Source of the DNA: Cycas panzhihuaensis
Lineage: Eukaryota > Plantae > Cycadophyta
Assembly: GCA_023213395.1 (NCBI GenBank)
Contig: CM041465.1
Location: forward strand, 90,155,741 to 90,219,740
Length of the DNA: 64,000 nucleotides
Direction of reading: 5' to 3'
Each line of letters starts with the position of its first letter. Position 1 is the stretch's first letter. Under the pieces are notes generated by a model. That model did no database searches. It was not told the origin of the DNA and was given only the letters and a program-made list of their open reading frames with translations. Of the stretch, positions 44,321 through 57,248 are shown one piece after another. Position numbers and translations under genes: made by a program.

Positions 44321-44470
44321 AAAAAAAAAAAAAAGAAAAAGGGAAGAGACCGGAGGGGACCTTGCCCTAACTTTTTAGTTACTTATATCCCACGTCACAT
44401 AGGTGGGTTTGAACCGTTGATTGTGGTCTCGTAATAACGAGAGGTATTGACCGATGCGCAAACCGTTTGC
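44321..44470 (-). mobile_element. Candidate tRNA-derived SINE or Pol III-like unit with T tail
   Basis: Minus strand: A-box-like TTGCGCATCGGT, hairpin CTCGT-TATT-ACGAG, B-box GGTTCAAACCC (44405-44415), T-rich tail (A run at 44321-44340 on +). Confidence 0.4.
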
Positions 44471-44732
44471 GTGGGTTAGGTTATGTTTTAACCTCGCAGA
44501 CGAAGGAACAAACATAAAATACAGCTTCTTTTGACTTTGGTACAGATATTAACGGTGACCTTTTAAGTCTCAAGGTCCAGGCAGAGCCTGCCCGTAGAGG
44601 GGAGTTGTAAAGGCCCCTCGAAGGTCGAATAAGGTCGACCGAAGTGGAACGAAATAGACCAAATTCAAACCAATTTCGCACGCCCTAATTTTCCCAGTTT
44701 AATATTTTGTGGTGCTGAAAAAATTTAGCATA

Positions 44733-45890
44733 ATGTCGAGTTCTGCAACGAAGTCTGCGGGAGAAAGTGTGTGTATTTTTTCTGAGTACAGCCTATGATT
44801 TCAAACCGTTGTGCACCGAATTCGATTTTACTATATATTTCCATATTAGAAAACCTTCAACTTCTGAATTGAAAGAAGTGACTTTAATTCAGCGGGTGCT
44901 TTTCGAAGGGTTTAATCAATTGTATTTTGGCTCGCAGGTGGAAAAGGACGAGGAGGATGTATTTGAACCACTTTTTGACTACGGCCGCATTCAATCTCCT
45001 ATACTTGTTGATGATGGTTCGTATTTTCGTTTTTATTTTTTTTCTTGGAAAATTTCTCCTCTCATTTTTCATTTTTAGATTCGTTTTTCACTCATTTATT
45101 TATTAAAAAAAAATGGTCGGGGTAGATATACTCCCTATTTTTAAAATTGATTGATTCAGCTATTTATTTTAAATTTAATCTTGATTTTTAAATTTTATTT
45201 TTATCATTTCATTCATTTTGTGATATCGTACTGTTTTTTCGCTGCTTTGAATATAGCAGAAGATCGATTAAAATACTTCTTTGAATAAAAACTCCCTTGA
45301 GTGCAGATGAGAGTGATGATGTTGTGCAGATTGTCCACTTTGACCCAACACTTGAATCAAAGCAAAAGAAACGCTCACGTTCTTATGTAAGTTTACTGCT
45401 CAGGATGGATTCCCACAGCTGGTGATGATAAAGTAAAGTTCAATCACAGTGCACTGGATAACCCTACTTAGTTTAACATAACAATGCGTGGAGTTCGGTA
45501 AGGCTGCGAATATAAAAGAAAATCCTAGTAAAGAGGTGGATGAGTGGTTGTACAGTTGCTATTAGTTCAACTTAATCGGGCGTGAACATCCGTCCTTAGT
45601 ACGTTTCAGGTCAAATATCAGTTTTCTGCAATATCTGGTTATCGATTCTAGTTGATGTCGGAAGAGTTTATTAGCAGTAACTATGGGCTTTCGGGGAAAG
45701 TTACCTCTTTTTGTCAGTGAATAGTTTTTCAATGATTTTGTCTGCAGGACAAACGAGAACTACCAAAAGAAATCATGCCTAGCATAGAAACCAAAGAAGC
45801 CGAAGAAGAAGACTGGTTACCCCCACCTCCCAAAAGCATTAAAGTAATGCGGATTTCTACTGATGGAAATACTGTTCTGTCAGAGCTGAG
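44733..45890 (+). CDS. 5' part (exons 1-4) of a Rad60/Esc2/NIP45-like SUMO-like-domain protein gene (At1g68185-like); continues beyond the window
   Basis: Exons 44733-44768, 44938-45016, 45307-45386 and 45748-45890, all GT-AG and phase-compatible. Spliced product: MSSSATKSAGESVEKDEEDVFEPLFDYGRIQSPILVDDDESDDVVQ...KKRSRSYDKRELPKE...EEEDWLPPPPK...NTVLSELR. The EPLFDY, DWLPPPPK and ..LR motifs match my recollection of this family's N-terminus. The SUMO-like domain is not in the window. Confidence 0.82.
44938..45016 (+). CDS. Exon 2 of the host gene (VEKDEEDVFEPLFDYGRIQSPILVDD)
   Basis: ctcgcag| acceptor, |gttcgt donor, EPLFDY motif. Confidence 0.85.
45307..45386 (+). CDS. Exon 3 of the host gene
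   Basis: gtgcag| acceptor, |gtaagt donor, phase 1 to 0, basic KQKKRSR patch. Confidence 0.75.
45748..45890 (+). CDS. Exon 4 of the host gene (…EEEDWLPPPPK…LSELR)
   Basis: tctgcag| acceptor, |gtactt donor, conserved-looking motif. Confidence 0.85.
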
Positions 45891-48800
45891 GTACTTTATG
45901 AAGCTTAGTGGTTTGTCTGCTAGCACAGTTGCAGGACGCAACGTCAAAATCTGTCCGGTCTAGGGGTAAATTTGGGTTGAAAATTGACTGTTGTCCATTG
46001 CATTCATAGATTGATCATGTTTAACATAGTGGCTGCTGCCCATCACATATCTCTATTCTGGACCGAGCATTGCCTGTGACATCCCTTCTATTAGTTTAGT
46101 TACATTGGGCAAACAATAACCGTCCATTTTCTTAGGTTTCTTCAAAGGAGAGTGACAGATGCTAGGCTTGGACATGCATGTCCATTTGTACAATCAAGGG
46201 GATTGTTTGATTTACGAGAAATTCTAATTAGAGCATTGAATGGCATCTATCCCCAGTTGTATTAGCTGTGGTTGACATATGCAGTTGTTTTGTTTGTGCT
46301 CTGCTCTGTAAGATCTAGTTGCCTTGATTGCTGGGTTAAATGCATACAGTTTTAGCACATGCAATTGTACAGATTTTTGGCTATTTGTATTTTGTTGTTT
46401 GTTTTTTGATGTGCATTGTAATTTACAGTTCAATGCTATTTTAAATTTTGTTCTGGAATGCGCAAGTATAAATAATTGATGCTTGTGAGGTGTAAACTCG
46501 TAAATCATTTCAGCATGACATTATCCCAGCTGTAGAATTTCAATATTGCATAGCATATCCTATGGCCAATGATAATTAACTACTGATAGAAGGGAGAAAA
46601 CAACTTCTTTTAACTGCTGCATTCTCAGAGGAACATCTGATCAAGGCCATATGGGTTCCAATCAGCTGTCTGTAGAGAAACAGAAAGCCCTTGCAATCCA
46701 CACAGCAGTGAGGACCACTTCATCAATGGGTGCTTAACACTCCAAGAGAAGCCCGCAAGCTGCATATTTCCTATAAGTTTTGAAGAAGGTCTTCAGTGCC
46801 ATTCTACCTATCAGAACATTAGCCAAATGAGATGGATCAAGAGATATTATTTTCTAGAGGTTCTTGAGAGTAGATGCTAAAACTTCCTTGAAGGTTGCTC
46901 TTAATATTGGCATTTGAATTGATATTGAAACTTCATGAATGCAAATATGGTATGAATCAAATTACAATGGGCTTTGTTCACCTTATTACATGTTTTACCA
47001 TGGTAGCCTCTAGATCCGATTCCCAATCTTCTTTGTGCACTTCAACCCAATGGGTGTTGCACTTTTCTTGGCACACAATTGGGTGAGGAGATACAAAGGA
47101 ATGAACATTATTAGATGGCTGTCCAACTTGTTGATCCTCTTGATGGAATGCATGATCTTGATGACATACTTCTTCATTGTCTTATGTTAAAATAATGGAG
47201 TATGCTTGCTCTTTATCATAGAGCATATGAGTTTTACCCAATTTATTTTGGCACAAGTAATATTATCTCTTCCTCCATCATTTATTTTGTTGAGGAAACC
47301 TGGTTTTAAATAACCAAAACCAGCCACCAAGATATATCTATTTTGCAACAAGAATAATATTCAAAACTGTAACCAAGTGCAAGTACATAAACTAGAGATC
47401 ATTAAATATATACACGAAAGCATACACATTATTAAGTACACCAGATATAATGTGGTAAAACCTTAGCAGAGTGTTAGGGAAACATCCACACAAGAAAGAT
47501 ATCGATCTTTATTAATCAAGAATGAAAGATTTGTACATGCAGTCGTCACAGAATTCTCACAGTAGCAACAACTAATAGTCGCCCACTCACAATGTAATGC
47601 AATACAATACAATGCGATACAATTACCCTAAAGTGGGTTACATAAGAAGGTACATCAATCGTAACCATCAGATTTAGGTCTTTTTGATGAATTGCCTAGA
47701 TTCTCTTTACAATTTAATAGGTTTTGAACCCTAGCTTTTTGTTTCAGGGACTATCACCCGCATCCCCCAGCCAAGGGGGGTTGCCGCCCCTCTTGGATCC
47801 CCTTGAGGAAAAGTTGGTGGAGAAAACCGCGCCGAAAAAGGTCCAAAATTTTAGCTTCCTCATAATTGTTGTCACATATCCAACATATTTTTCACTTAAG
47901 AAGTGAAGTAAAGATCATGTGTTTTTTCATAGCTGTCAAGTTCTCTCCCCACTTTGTCAAAATGACCTTGCTTTCATTAAAGAATCTTTCTTCCACTTCA
48001 TTCTATTCTTTTTTTTTGTTTGAAATTTAAGGGTCTCTTCAATAAGGTGTACTAATTGGTAGAAAGCCAATTCATTGTCAATCTCCTTACCTAACCTCTA
48101 ATACTCAAAATACTCTTTTGTAGTTCTATTGGTTATAATTTGATTGGATATTTCCTCAATGCTATTCTCTCCCCTTCCTCCTCAAGTTACATTTAATAGA
48201 TATTGGGATCTATGTGGTTCATCTTGCTTGAAATTGTGTATCCTGTTTCGATATTCCATCCATGGGAATTCTTCCACGAAGAAGACAAATAACTTGGACG
48301 GGGGAAGATGCGCTTTGTGTGAATAAAGAGCAATGAATGGGAAACATTTTTAAAAAATGAACATTATAGAAGCATAAATGAGATTTATATGTGGGAAACC
48401 CCACAAAGGGAACAAGCACATGAGTGAATAGTTATTCCATTCACAATAAATCACTCAAATTGTGCATGAGAGGTTGCCCCTTTAATTAGAGCATCATCAC
48501 CCATTGTTTAACCAATCACATCAAAGCAGCACTATATCATCCAATAGTAAATGCATTAGTGAGATGAGCACTTGGTATCAATTAGAACCAATAGACAAAG
48601 GAGAGCACCCTCATCCATCTTAACAATCATCATTAATTGAGCCAAATTTTGCAATTAAAAGCATATCAAAGATTTTTGTTGTGCTTCATTGATTAATATC
48701 TGTATCAAGACATAATCAAAATACACCTTGCAACCACTCATTTCGAAGGTATGAAAGCTAGCTTTCTAATGATTTAGACGAAATTGAATTCCAACATCAT

Positions 48801-49515
48801 ATGGAGGAGATATGACCAAAATAGTGTCAACATGCCATATAAAAATGAAAACATGCCATGAAAGGGGGTTTAACCCCCTTCGTCAAAAGCTCTAGGTCAC
48901 ACACAAAGCCCATATGATCTCTTCATGGGGTTAGGTGGACTTCAAACCATTTTTCATTATAGTTTAATGCACTTATAAACTTTAGAAAGTGAAAAATTAA
49001 ATTAATTCATAAAATTTTCAACACAAACTTGTGTGCATGGCCATGAAGTTTTGGCAATGCAAAAGTGACAAAATTCAACCATTTTTGATGCGAACAAAGA
49101 CAAATCTAAGCTGCCACAACCCATAAATGCCTTCAGAACATGCCATGCTCTGATTTCTTTATGAAATCATGAAGAAATATGTGGTTTATACTTACCAAAA
49201 CCATCCCAAATTGCCTAAACTCCAATATGAGGGTTTCAAGAGGGATTGTGAGTTGTTGTGGCAAATTTGAGCAGATAAATGGCTGAAATAAGATGGTAGA
49301 GGCACAAAGCAAACCATGGGCACCCAACATAGCCATCCAATGATGAAACCATAGTGCAATAGAGGTGCCAACATGTATTAAAGATGCTCGAGGCAAACTT
49401 GAGGCTGCCAACACCAAAAAATACCATTGCAACATGTTGCCAACACATAACTAGCTGCTAAAATAGCCATAACACTTGCCCAATGTGCATGAGCTCACCC
49501 GCAATAGGTTGCTAC

Positions 49516-49642
49516 CACATGGAGAATGCCCTATGATGGGTTAGAATTGAATTTCTTCTCAAGATCACCAAGGAGTACACATGGAGAATGCCCTATGATG
49601 GGTTAGAATTGAATTTCTTCTCAAGATCACCAAGGAGTACAC
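49516..49642. repeat. Perfect 2 x 62-bp tandem duplication
   Basis: cacatggagaatgccc...caccaaggagta starts at 49516 and 49578. Confidence 0.95.
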
Positions 49643-52600
49643 TAAAAAAAAAGTGAAAAACCTTGCCCAATGTATGTTGCAATTTACCAGTAGGCAACAA
49701 CTGTTGGAGCAATGGATCTAGGTTGCCCACTCTAACACTTCACAATGGCAAACATGAATGGAGACAAGAGCAAGAATGCACTCAAGATACAAGAGGCAAA
49801 TTTGAGAGCTCAAAAGGGGATATGAGATCACTAACTCATTCCTTTGGATTTGACCTTTTATTGATAAGAGAATTTGGTTAGGGTTTTCCGGCCTAAACAA
49901 ATTCACATGAAACTTAAGTGAAATTACATAGATGCACATAAAGTGCGTTTCACTTAAGTGAGCATTATAACATTACATTAGAGTCACTTTTCCTAACTTA
50001 TGGAATGACTCTTATTAATCTAATTCTAATGCAAACGACCTTAGGCATTAACACCTTTCAATGCCCCCCTTAATGGTGGAAGGTCATTTTGGCCTATTCA
50101 GATGTACTCTATGAGGTCTTCATTTGAGCCTCATTATTACATTGAAAGAAAATCCTATGGACTAGATGACACTTTTGTGGAAAAACCCTCAGGGGAATAA
50201 AAACCCGCGAACTTATCTGGACTAACAATTTTGGCTCATGCGGCTCTCTGAATGCAACCAGATAGCCAAGCGGTACAATATATTTGCAGTTAAGTTTGCT
50301 GAGTTTCCATATACCATTTTGTCATCCCCCATGCCCTTTCGGGTTTTCACTGGTTACGATTTTTGAAACTAGTACCACCCTTATCCTTCTGCCCCCTCAA
50401 GGGGTTTTCACGAATGGGATAGTGTAGAGACTTACTCAGGTCCTTCTGCGCCTATAATGGGTTTTCACTAATAATACTGAGTATGATGTTCCTGTCATCA
50501 TCTCCTCCTATTAGTTGGAGATGGGATAGAGTTGCTTTTTGAACTGTTCAAACTACACCCTTTGCAGCGGTTTGTTGAAGATATTGGCCACTTGATCTGC
50601 TGTTGGGTAGTAATCCAGTTGAATTGTGCCGTCTTGAACAAGTTCTCGAATTATGTGGACTTTTGTATTGATATGTTTGGTACGATCGTGAAATACAGGA
50701 TTCTTAGCCATGTGGATCGCAGACTGATTGTTCACACGAAGGCAGGTAGGACTTGTCTAGGTGATATTTAATGTTTCCAACAATTTTCTTAGCTATATCA
50801 CCTCTTTGCTAGTTTCAAAAGCAACAATTTATTAAGCTTCGACAATTGAGTCTGCAACTATCTTCTGCCGTTTGGAGCTCCATGATATTGGTGTTGTTTC
50901 AAGAAGTGTTACGTACCCGGAAGTGGATCTCTCTGTGTCTTTGTCTCCGGCAAAGTTTGAGTCTGTGTATGCATATAATTTGAATTCTAAATTGGGTTTG
51001 TACAACATACCATATTTGCAGGACGTCTTAAGGTACCTCAACACACGCATTGCTGTCTGCTAGTGATTCTACTTGGGATTTGTCATGTAGCGAGCAAGAA
51101 TGTCGACATAGTGTGCAATATTAGGTCTTGTATTAGTAGTATAGATGAGACTACCTACAAGTTGCTTGTCAAGTGTTGCGTTTGCCTCTCGATCATCGCC
51201 ATCAGCTGTCAGTTTGACGTTTGGTTCCATTGGAGTGGCTATTGGTCGAGCATCTTCCAACCTAAATCTTGTTAGAAGATCGTTGATATATTTTTCTTGA
51301 GAAAGAAAGATCTGGCCATCTTTCTGAGTAACCTCAATGCCCAAGTAGTATTTCATCAACCCAAGGTCAGACAATTCAAACGTTTTTGCCAAGTCCTTCT
51401 TTAGCTGGTTGATTGCCTGTTCACTATTACCCATTATAAGCGTGTCGTCCACAAAGAGTAAGAGGTAAGTGACTTTATTTTTTCCACACTTGATGAACAA
51501 TGTTGCATCAATATCTTGGTAATCATAAACCTCATATCCAAGTTGCCTCATTCTCTCTGACAACTTGGTGAACCAAGCATGGGGGGCTTGTTTAAGGTTG
51601 TATAAAGACTTCTTGAGTCTGCACACCTTATGCTCTTGTCCAACAATCTCATATCCTTCAGGCTAAGCCATGTAGATTTCTTCTTCAAGATCCTTGTTGA
51701 GGAATGTTGTCTTTACATTGAGCTGGTGAATCTTTCAGCCCTGTTGAGCTGCCAAGGCCACAAGAGTTTTGATTATGGGCCATTTGGTCGTAGGTGCAAA
51801 TACCTTAGTGTAGTTGATGCCTTCCTTTTGGGTGAATCCCTTTGCTACCAACCTCGCCTTGTGTTTGTCAAGGGTGCTGTCATATTTGTATTTGTTTTTG
51901 AACGCTCATTTGTTTCTTACTAAGTTCCTTCCCAAAGGTAGATCTGTGAGCTCCCAAGTACCATTTTTGATCAAGGATTGATATTTATCGTTCATTGCAT
52001 TTCTCCAAATTGCATGTTTTACAACTTCTTGGTATGTGAGAGGCTCTTCATTGCTGGCAAGGTGCAATTCCGTCAATTCAAGCTCTGTGGGAAGTGTGCT
52101 TTGCTCCTTTGCCTTTAGGGCACCACTTCGGGTGCTGATTTTGCCTACCTCATCAGGTCTTATATCCTTGTTCAACTGGTAGGCTTTACGAAAAACTTTC
52201 CACAACTTCTTGGTCCTCATTTTGATCCTAAAATGGATCATAAGAGATTTGAGGAATTGAGGATGTCGACACTGCTGGAGAAGATGGTCTTGCCATTGAA
52301 GAAGGTGACGCGGGTCCTTGAGCAATTCCTTTGCCTTAGTAATCAAGGTTGTTCTCCAAAGAAGGAGCTAGATTAATGCTAATTGGTGTCGAATTCGTGT
52401 CCTCCATGGCTCTGTTGTCAGATTTCAGGATTTTGAATATCTCTTCCATGTCCCCCCACCCCCCCCCCCCCCAAAAAAGTTTGGAATCTGCACATCATAT
52501 TCTTGGACATTGTTGTAGCGTTGAGTGGGAGCTTTGGAATTAAGCTGCAAGAGTTGTTCTTTTGTTTTTGCAAAGACCATGTCCTGTGTAATAATGATCT

Positions 52601-53569
52601 TCTTTAGAGTTGGTACGAAGACCTTGTACCCTTTCTTGTTCATTGGGTACCCTATAAAGATGCCTTGTAAAGCTCATGGCTAGAGCTTGTTTCTATGCTC
52701 ATCCAGAATGTAAGGATAACAGGTAGAGCCAAATATTTTGAAGTAGTTGACAGTGGGGATCTGTCCTGTCCATCTCTCATTTGGAGACGAGCCGAGCTGA
52801 GATGGATTTACATTGTTTAGGCAGTAGACTGCTATATAGATTGCCTCGACCTAAAGATATGCAGGTACATTTTTATACACAAGCATTGCTCATGCCATGT
52901 TCATGATGGTTCTGTTCATTCGTTCAGCCATTCCATTCTGCTGAGGGGTACCTACAATTGTTGTTTGATATTTTATCCCATGCATGCAAAGAAAGTCTTC
53001 AAATTCATTGGACGTATAATCTCCACCATTAGCTGTTCGAAGACATTTGATCTGAAAACTTGAGTCCTTCTCTGCCAGGGCTTTGAATGCTAGAAAATTT
53101 GAGAATGCTTCATCCTTTGTTTTTAGAAAGGTTACCCATACCTTCTTGGTGAAGTCATCTATGAATGTTATGTAGTACCATTTCCTGGTGAGGGATGGTA
53201 TAGGCAATGGGCTGCATATGTTTGAGTGGACAAGTTTGAGGGGTTGACTGGCTTTCCACTGACTCTGTGGGAAGGGTTGCTAGTGGGATTTTGCAATGAT
53301 ACATGTTTCACACTTGAAGGGCTTTGAAGAGAATTTGGGTAAATCGGGAGTGGAATGGCAGATTTCTTTGAGTCTGTCTAACTTGATATGCCCCGTGCGA
53401 GTATGCGGCCCAAAGACAGTTTATGGTGAGTCGGGGTAATGTTATAGGCAAGTTCTGGTTCAGCACAAAGAGCATGAGCATGATTGGTACATAGTGGATG
53501 AGGTGCCATCGGTGGAAGAGTTTTCTCGTAAGCTTGCTTGTCACCACCACTGAATTTGAAGGAGGTTGG

Positions 53570-53855
53570 ATGACTTGAAGGGTTTTGTTATTGGCTGTTA
53601 CACTTAGATCAAATCCACAGGAGACTAATGTGGATAAGGAGAGAAGGTTTTGTTTCAGTGAGGGAATACACAAAACATCAAGTAGTTTGAAATCTGGTAA
53701 GCTTGGGAGTGTTAGGCAAATTGTGCCCATACCTTCGACAGGTTGGCTTGATTTGTCAGCCATATGTACAAGGTCGATGACATTTGTATCAAGGGCTTGA
53801 AAGTAGTCCTAGTGACATGTCATGTGCTGCGTGGCACCAGTATCCATGATCCATG
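53570..53855. repeat. 286-bp direct duplication, left copy (right copy 62835-63120)
   Basis: Colinear with no indels; about 10 differences by eye, all transitions. Confidence 0.95.
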
Positions 53856-54200
53856 CGAGGAGTCTATTCGCCAGGCTCGCCTCCTGGACCTCGAAGCCCT
53901 GGATGAGAAGCGCTTAGCGGCTTATCAAGCAAACCTCGTTGCGAAAGCCCGTTTGCAAAGGACACACGACAAACGTCTTCGTGCCCGTCCTTTGTGTCCC
54001 GGGGACCACGTCCTCAAATTGGAGTATCTCTACGACCGCTTGGCCAAGTTCGGGCCCAAATGGGTAGGCCCCTTCGTCGTTCTCGAAAGTCTCGATAGCA
54101 TCATCTGATTGCCACTTTAGATGGCTTGGAATTCAAAGCGGTCAATGGAAAGTTCCTCAAGAAATTTTACGCGTGATCTTTCCGCTCTTTTCTTCGCCAG

Positions 54201-54370
54201 GCTCCGAAACGAGCTTAAACTACCATTTCAAATTGTTCCCATTCCTCCCAACCACGGGTTGAATGGCAATTTAAGATGGATTCTCGCTCCGAAACGAGCC
54301 TAAACTACCATTTTAGATTGTTCCCATTCCTCCCAACCACGGGTAGAATGGCGATTTAAGATGGATTTTC
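54201..54370. repeat. 2 x 85-bp tandem repeat after the integrase stop
   Basis: gctccgaaacgagc..aaactaccattt..gatggatt starts at 54201 and 54286. Confidence 0.92.
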
Positions 54371-54776
54371 GGTTTTTCTTAGGTTCCTCATGGAACCCGC
54401 GTTCCCGTGTGCTCTTGGGAACCTTTGTCCTCCTATTTTGGGCATCCCCCAAGCTAGGACGACGCTGTGGAGTATCGTTACTCCCCTCTCGTGCTTGTTG
54501 TTTCCTTCGCATATTTCGCTATGTTCTCCTGTGGACGTGCATGTCGCCCTATTTTCTAACCTCACACCTCTCGATCACCTTTGCTCACGGTGGATGTGTG
54601 TGCTCCTGTTAGACATATGGCCATACATGGAAGGAAACACATGCGTGCATTTACAACATATTAACATATTTACATATTTTCATTTACAACATATTTACAT
54701 ATTTGCAACATACAAAATATTCATTTACAAAAGTAAACCATACATGCTACCTCTATCATACATGATGCACACCATT

Positions 54777-57248
54777 TCATGTCAAAATGGGGTTCCAATT
54801 ACCCCATGTATATATATATATCAAAATGTCATAGTACATCGTGTATGTGGGAAGCCGAGATCCTTGCAGGGGGGTACAATCATGTGAGCCTACATATGGC
54901 CCCATGGAGGCCCGTGCTTTCCTGTCAAAATCATATATGTATCTCCTAATCTCATCAAGGCTGCCTGCACAGGGTCCCATCTCACAGTCTGTGATCCCTC
55001 TCACAGGGACCACATCCTGCGAGGCTCCTCCACAGGCCTCCATGAGCTGCTCGCCTCGCTCTCCTCGTCCCGAGGCCGTCTCGGGGTCGTAGCCGCGGTA
55101 TGTGTGTGTCCGGCTCCTGCTCGACCTTGAGACCATCTGCGCCACCAACTGGTCGTAGCGGACCTGGATGCGATCCCTCTCGCCTCGGAGTCCCTCCTCT
55201 ATAGCTTTGAACTTCTCCTCCGACGCCTTAAGGCGCTCCTCTAGGACTGCTAGGTGAGTCGCTCCTCATCTCCTCCCGCCCGCTCTGTGCCTCCAAGGCT
55301 GGATCCGCCCACGACTCATCTCGCCGCCTCGTCACGTCGAGCTCTCATTGCAATGCCCAAAATGCCATGTGCTCTTGGGTCTCTACCTGATGTCTCTCGC
55401 TCTCACCAATGGGGCGAATGCTGCATGTAGGCTCGTGATCTGGCGCGTCCTCACTGGATGGGCGGTCTGCGTAGACCCGAGGGAACAACTCCTCACCATG
55501 GCCTCGACGACCATTGGACCTCTACACTGTCAATGCAACGTGTCATGTGTCGTGTATCCTCGATGTATCATAAAGCGAAATCAAAGTCTATCTAAATGTC
55601 AAACGACTAAGGAAAGTTAGGTCTCACTGCTTTGTCACGGATCCTCTGCTTGGGCGACATCCTCATCTCACGGCTCTCCGCCACCGCAGTACCTCATCCT
55701 CGCACATCCTCCGCCTGCCTCTCGTCTGGATGGCTCGACCCTCGCTTCTCCGGATCTCCTCACGATCCGTAGCTGCGCCCAGTATCGGCCACCGCTGCCG
55801 TCTCGGCAGCCTCGATGGGCTGTCTTCCTATGGCGCCCCCTGATGGTCTGCTGCGTCCTCGGATGATCGTGATGGACACCGCCTCCCCAGTCGTGATGGG
55901 CCCCATCTCCCCCGTCATCGCTATCATCACCTCCATTGTCATCGTCGTCATCGCTGTCGTCGATGGGTGCTCCTGCTCCTCCTGCTCCGTCATCACTCCC
56001 CACCTCACCACTGCATGGCTCGCTATGTAGGTCCGAGTGAGGAGGTCGAGTGATGTCGCATCGACTGACCGACGGACATGGGCCTGGTCCTCGTCCCCGG
56101 AATCGTTGCCACACTGGACCATCTGGGGCCCACCTCGCTATGGGGAATGGCCCCCTGGCGCGCCACCGCCAAAATGATCAAAACCAAGATCGCGAAGAAC
56201 GTCTTTGTAAGAAAATCCTCCTCTGCCTGACCTCCTGATGGTGTCTAGTTGGGCAACGAGGTTCGCCGCAACTAGAGTGGCCCAGTCCATCCTCTCACGC
56301 CTCACCGTGGCCACATCCACCCATCCTCCTGGAATCTCCCTGTAGTTCTGTTTCCGGGAAATTCGGAATAGAATGCATAGTAGGATGAGCTTCCTCACCC
56401 GAGGAATCCCTGACATGAGAACTGTCTGGAGGGGAGCTCCCCTCCACTGCCACCGCCCGTGAGGAATCGAGCGCCTCCTGTGTGCCTCGGTGCTGGCGGC
56501 GTCCCCGCCTCACGTCTTCCTCAGTCACTGCACCCCTAGGATCCGTCTAATATCCTCCGGGGTGATAGTAATCTCCTATCTGAGGCAAGTGAAACACGTG
56601 CCTCCTCCTGTCCCAGTGCGACACTATGTCCACTAGGAGCCGCTGATCTGATGCGAACTCGGTCTTGAGGCCTTGTACAGCCGCATCTCTTCGTGGTCGC
56701 CTGTCCTCCTCGGTCGCCATCTCCAGGTAACTCAGGATGGGCATGCCGACGTTTTCGCGGTTATCCACCACGGTAACTGCCTGCATTCATCAAAGTCAGT
56801 CAAAGTTAGTCTCCTAGCAGTCCTCTAGGCTCCTAAATGTCCGGTTGTCTTTTCGTTTTCGGTTTGTTTGGCCCTTGTTTTTTCGATGTTACTGCTTAGC
56901 TCCAAATTCAATCTTGAATTTGAGCGGGTCATGGCGATCGCTTCCTCTCCGGCGTCAAGATCGCGACCAAGATCGGTCATGCAGATCTTGGTGATCGACG
57001 ACCCCTTAAAAAGGGGGTTTTGAGCCCTGAAAATTAGAAATTTTTGTGGTGGACCCCAGTAGGGCCCGGATCGGCGCCTAATGCCTGTGTCCCCGCCTCT
57101 TCTGGGTCCAATTTGGACTCAGGAGGCCTCTAACCGCCCATAAGGGGCATAAAAGCATTAAAATTTAACTAAAAAGCAATAAACTTCAAATTTCGAAACG
57201 ACGAAGGTTATGTTAGATCCACTCACTTGGATCCGCCCTGACCGCCAT
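54777..57248 (-). pseudogene. Antisense, spliced plant-mobile-domain (PMD, PF10536-like) gene with a coiled-coil C-terminus; lightly disrupted
   Basis: LLVDIVSHWDRRRHVFHLP then, after a frameshift, EITITPEDIRRILG matches the PMD signature. TATA at 57399-57407, ATG 57248, intron 57226-56777 (GTGAGT..GCAG, in frame), AT-rich intron 55627-55527. Coiled-coil-like EERLKASEEKFKAIEEGLRGERD near 55170-55240. Confidence 0.7.

Larger units (their letters stand above)
43660..44732 (+). promoter_or_regulatory. CpG-retaining promoter/5' region of the host gene
   Basis: CG dinucleotides reappear abruptly after about 43 kb of CG-depleted DNA, directly upstream of exon 1. Confidence 0.55.

Noticed and set aside
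44395-44470. Functional tRNA gene
   Set aside because: No acceptor stem or proper cloverleaf; only A/B-box-like motifs.
46629-46737. In-frame candidate exon 5 after ttctcag (GTSDQGHMGSNQ...MGA*)
   Set aside because: No resemblance to the expected conserved continuation; at most a cryptic terminal exon.
47288-48623. LTR-like pieces in the intron (47288-47711 and about 48316-48623)
   Set aside because: LTR-like motifs are present but boundaries and 5-bp TSDs could not be established.
50320-50490. Hammerhead or hairpin ribozyme, or riboswitch, assignment for the UTR repeats
   Set aside because: No CUGANGA/GAAA core arrangement or complete hairpin-ribozyme loops; only superficial similarity.
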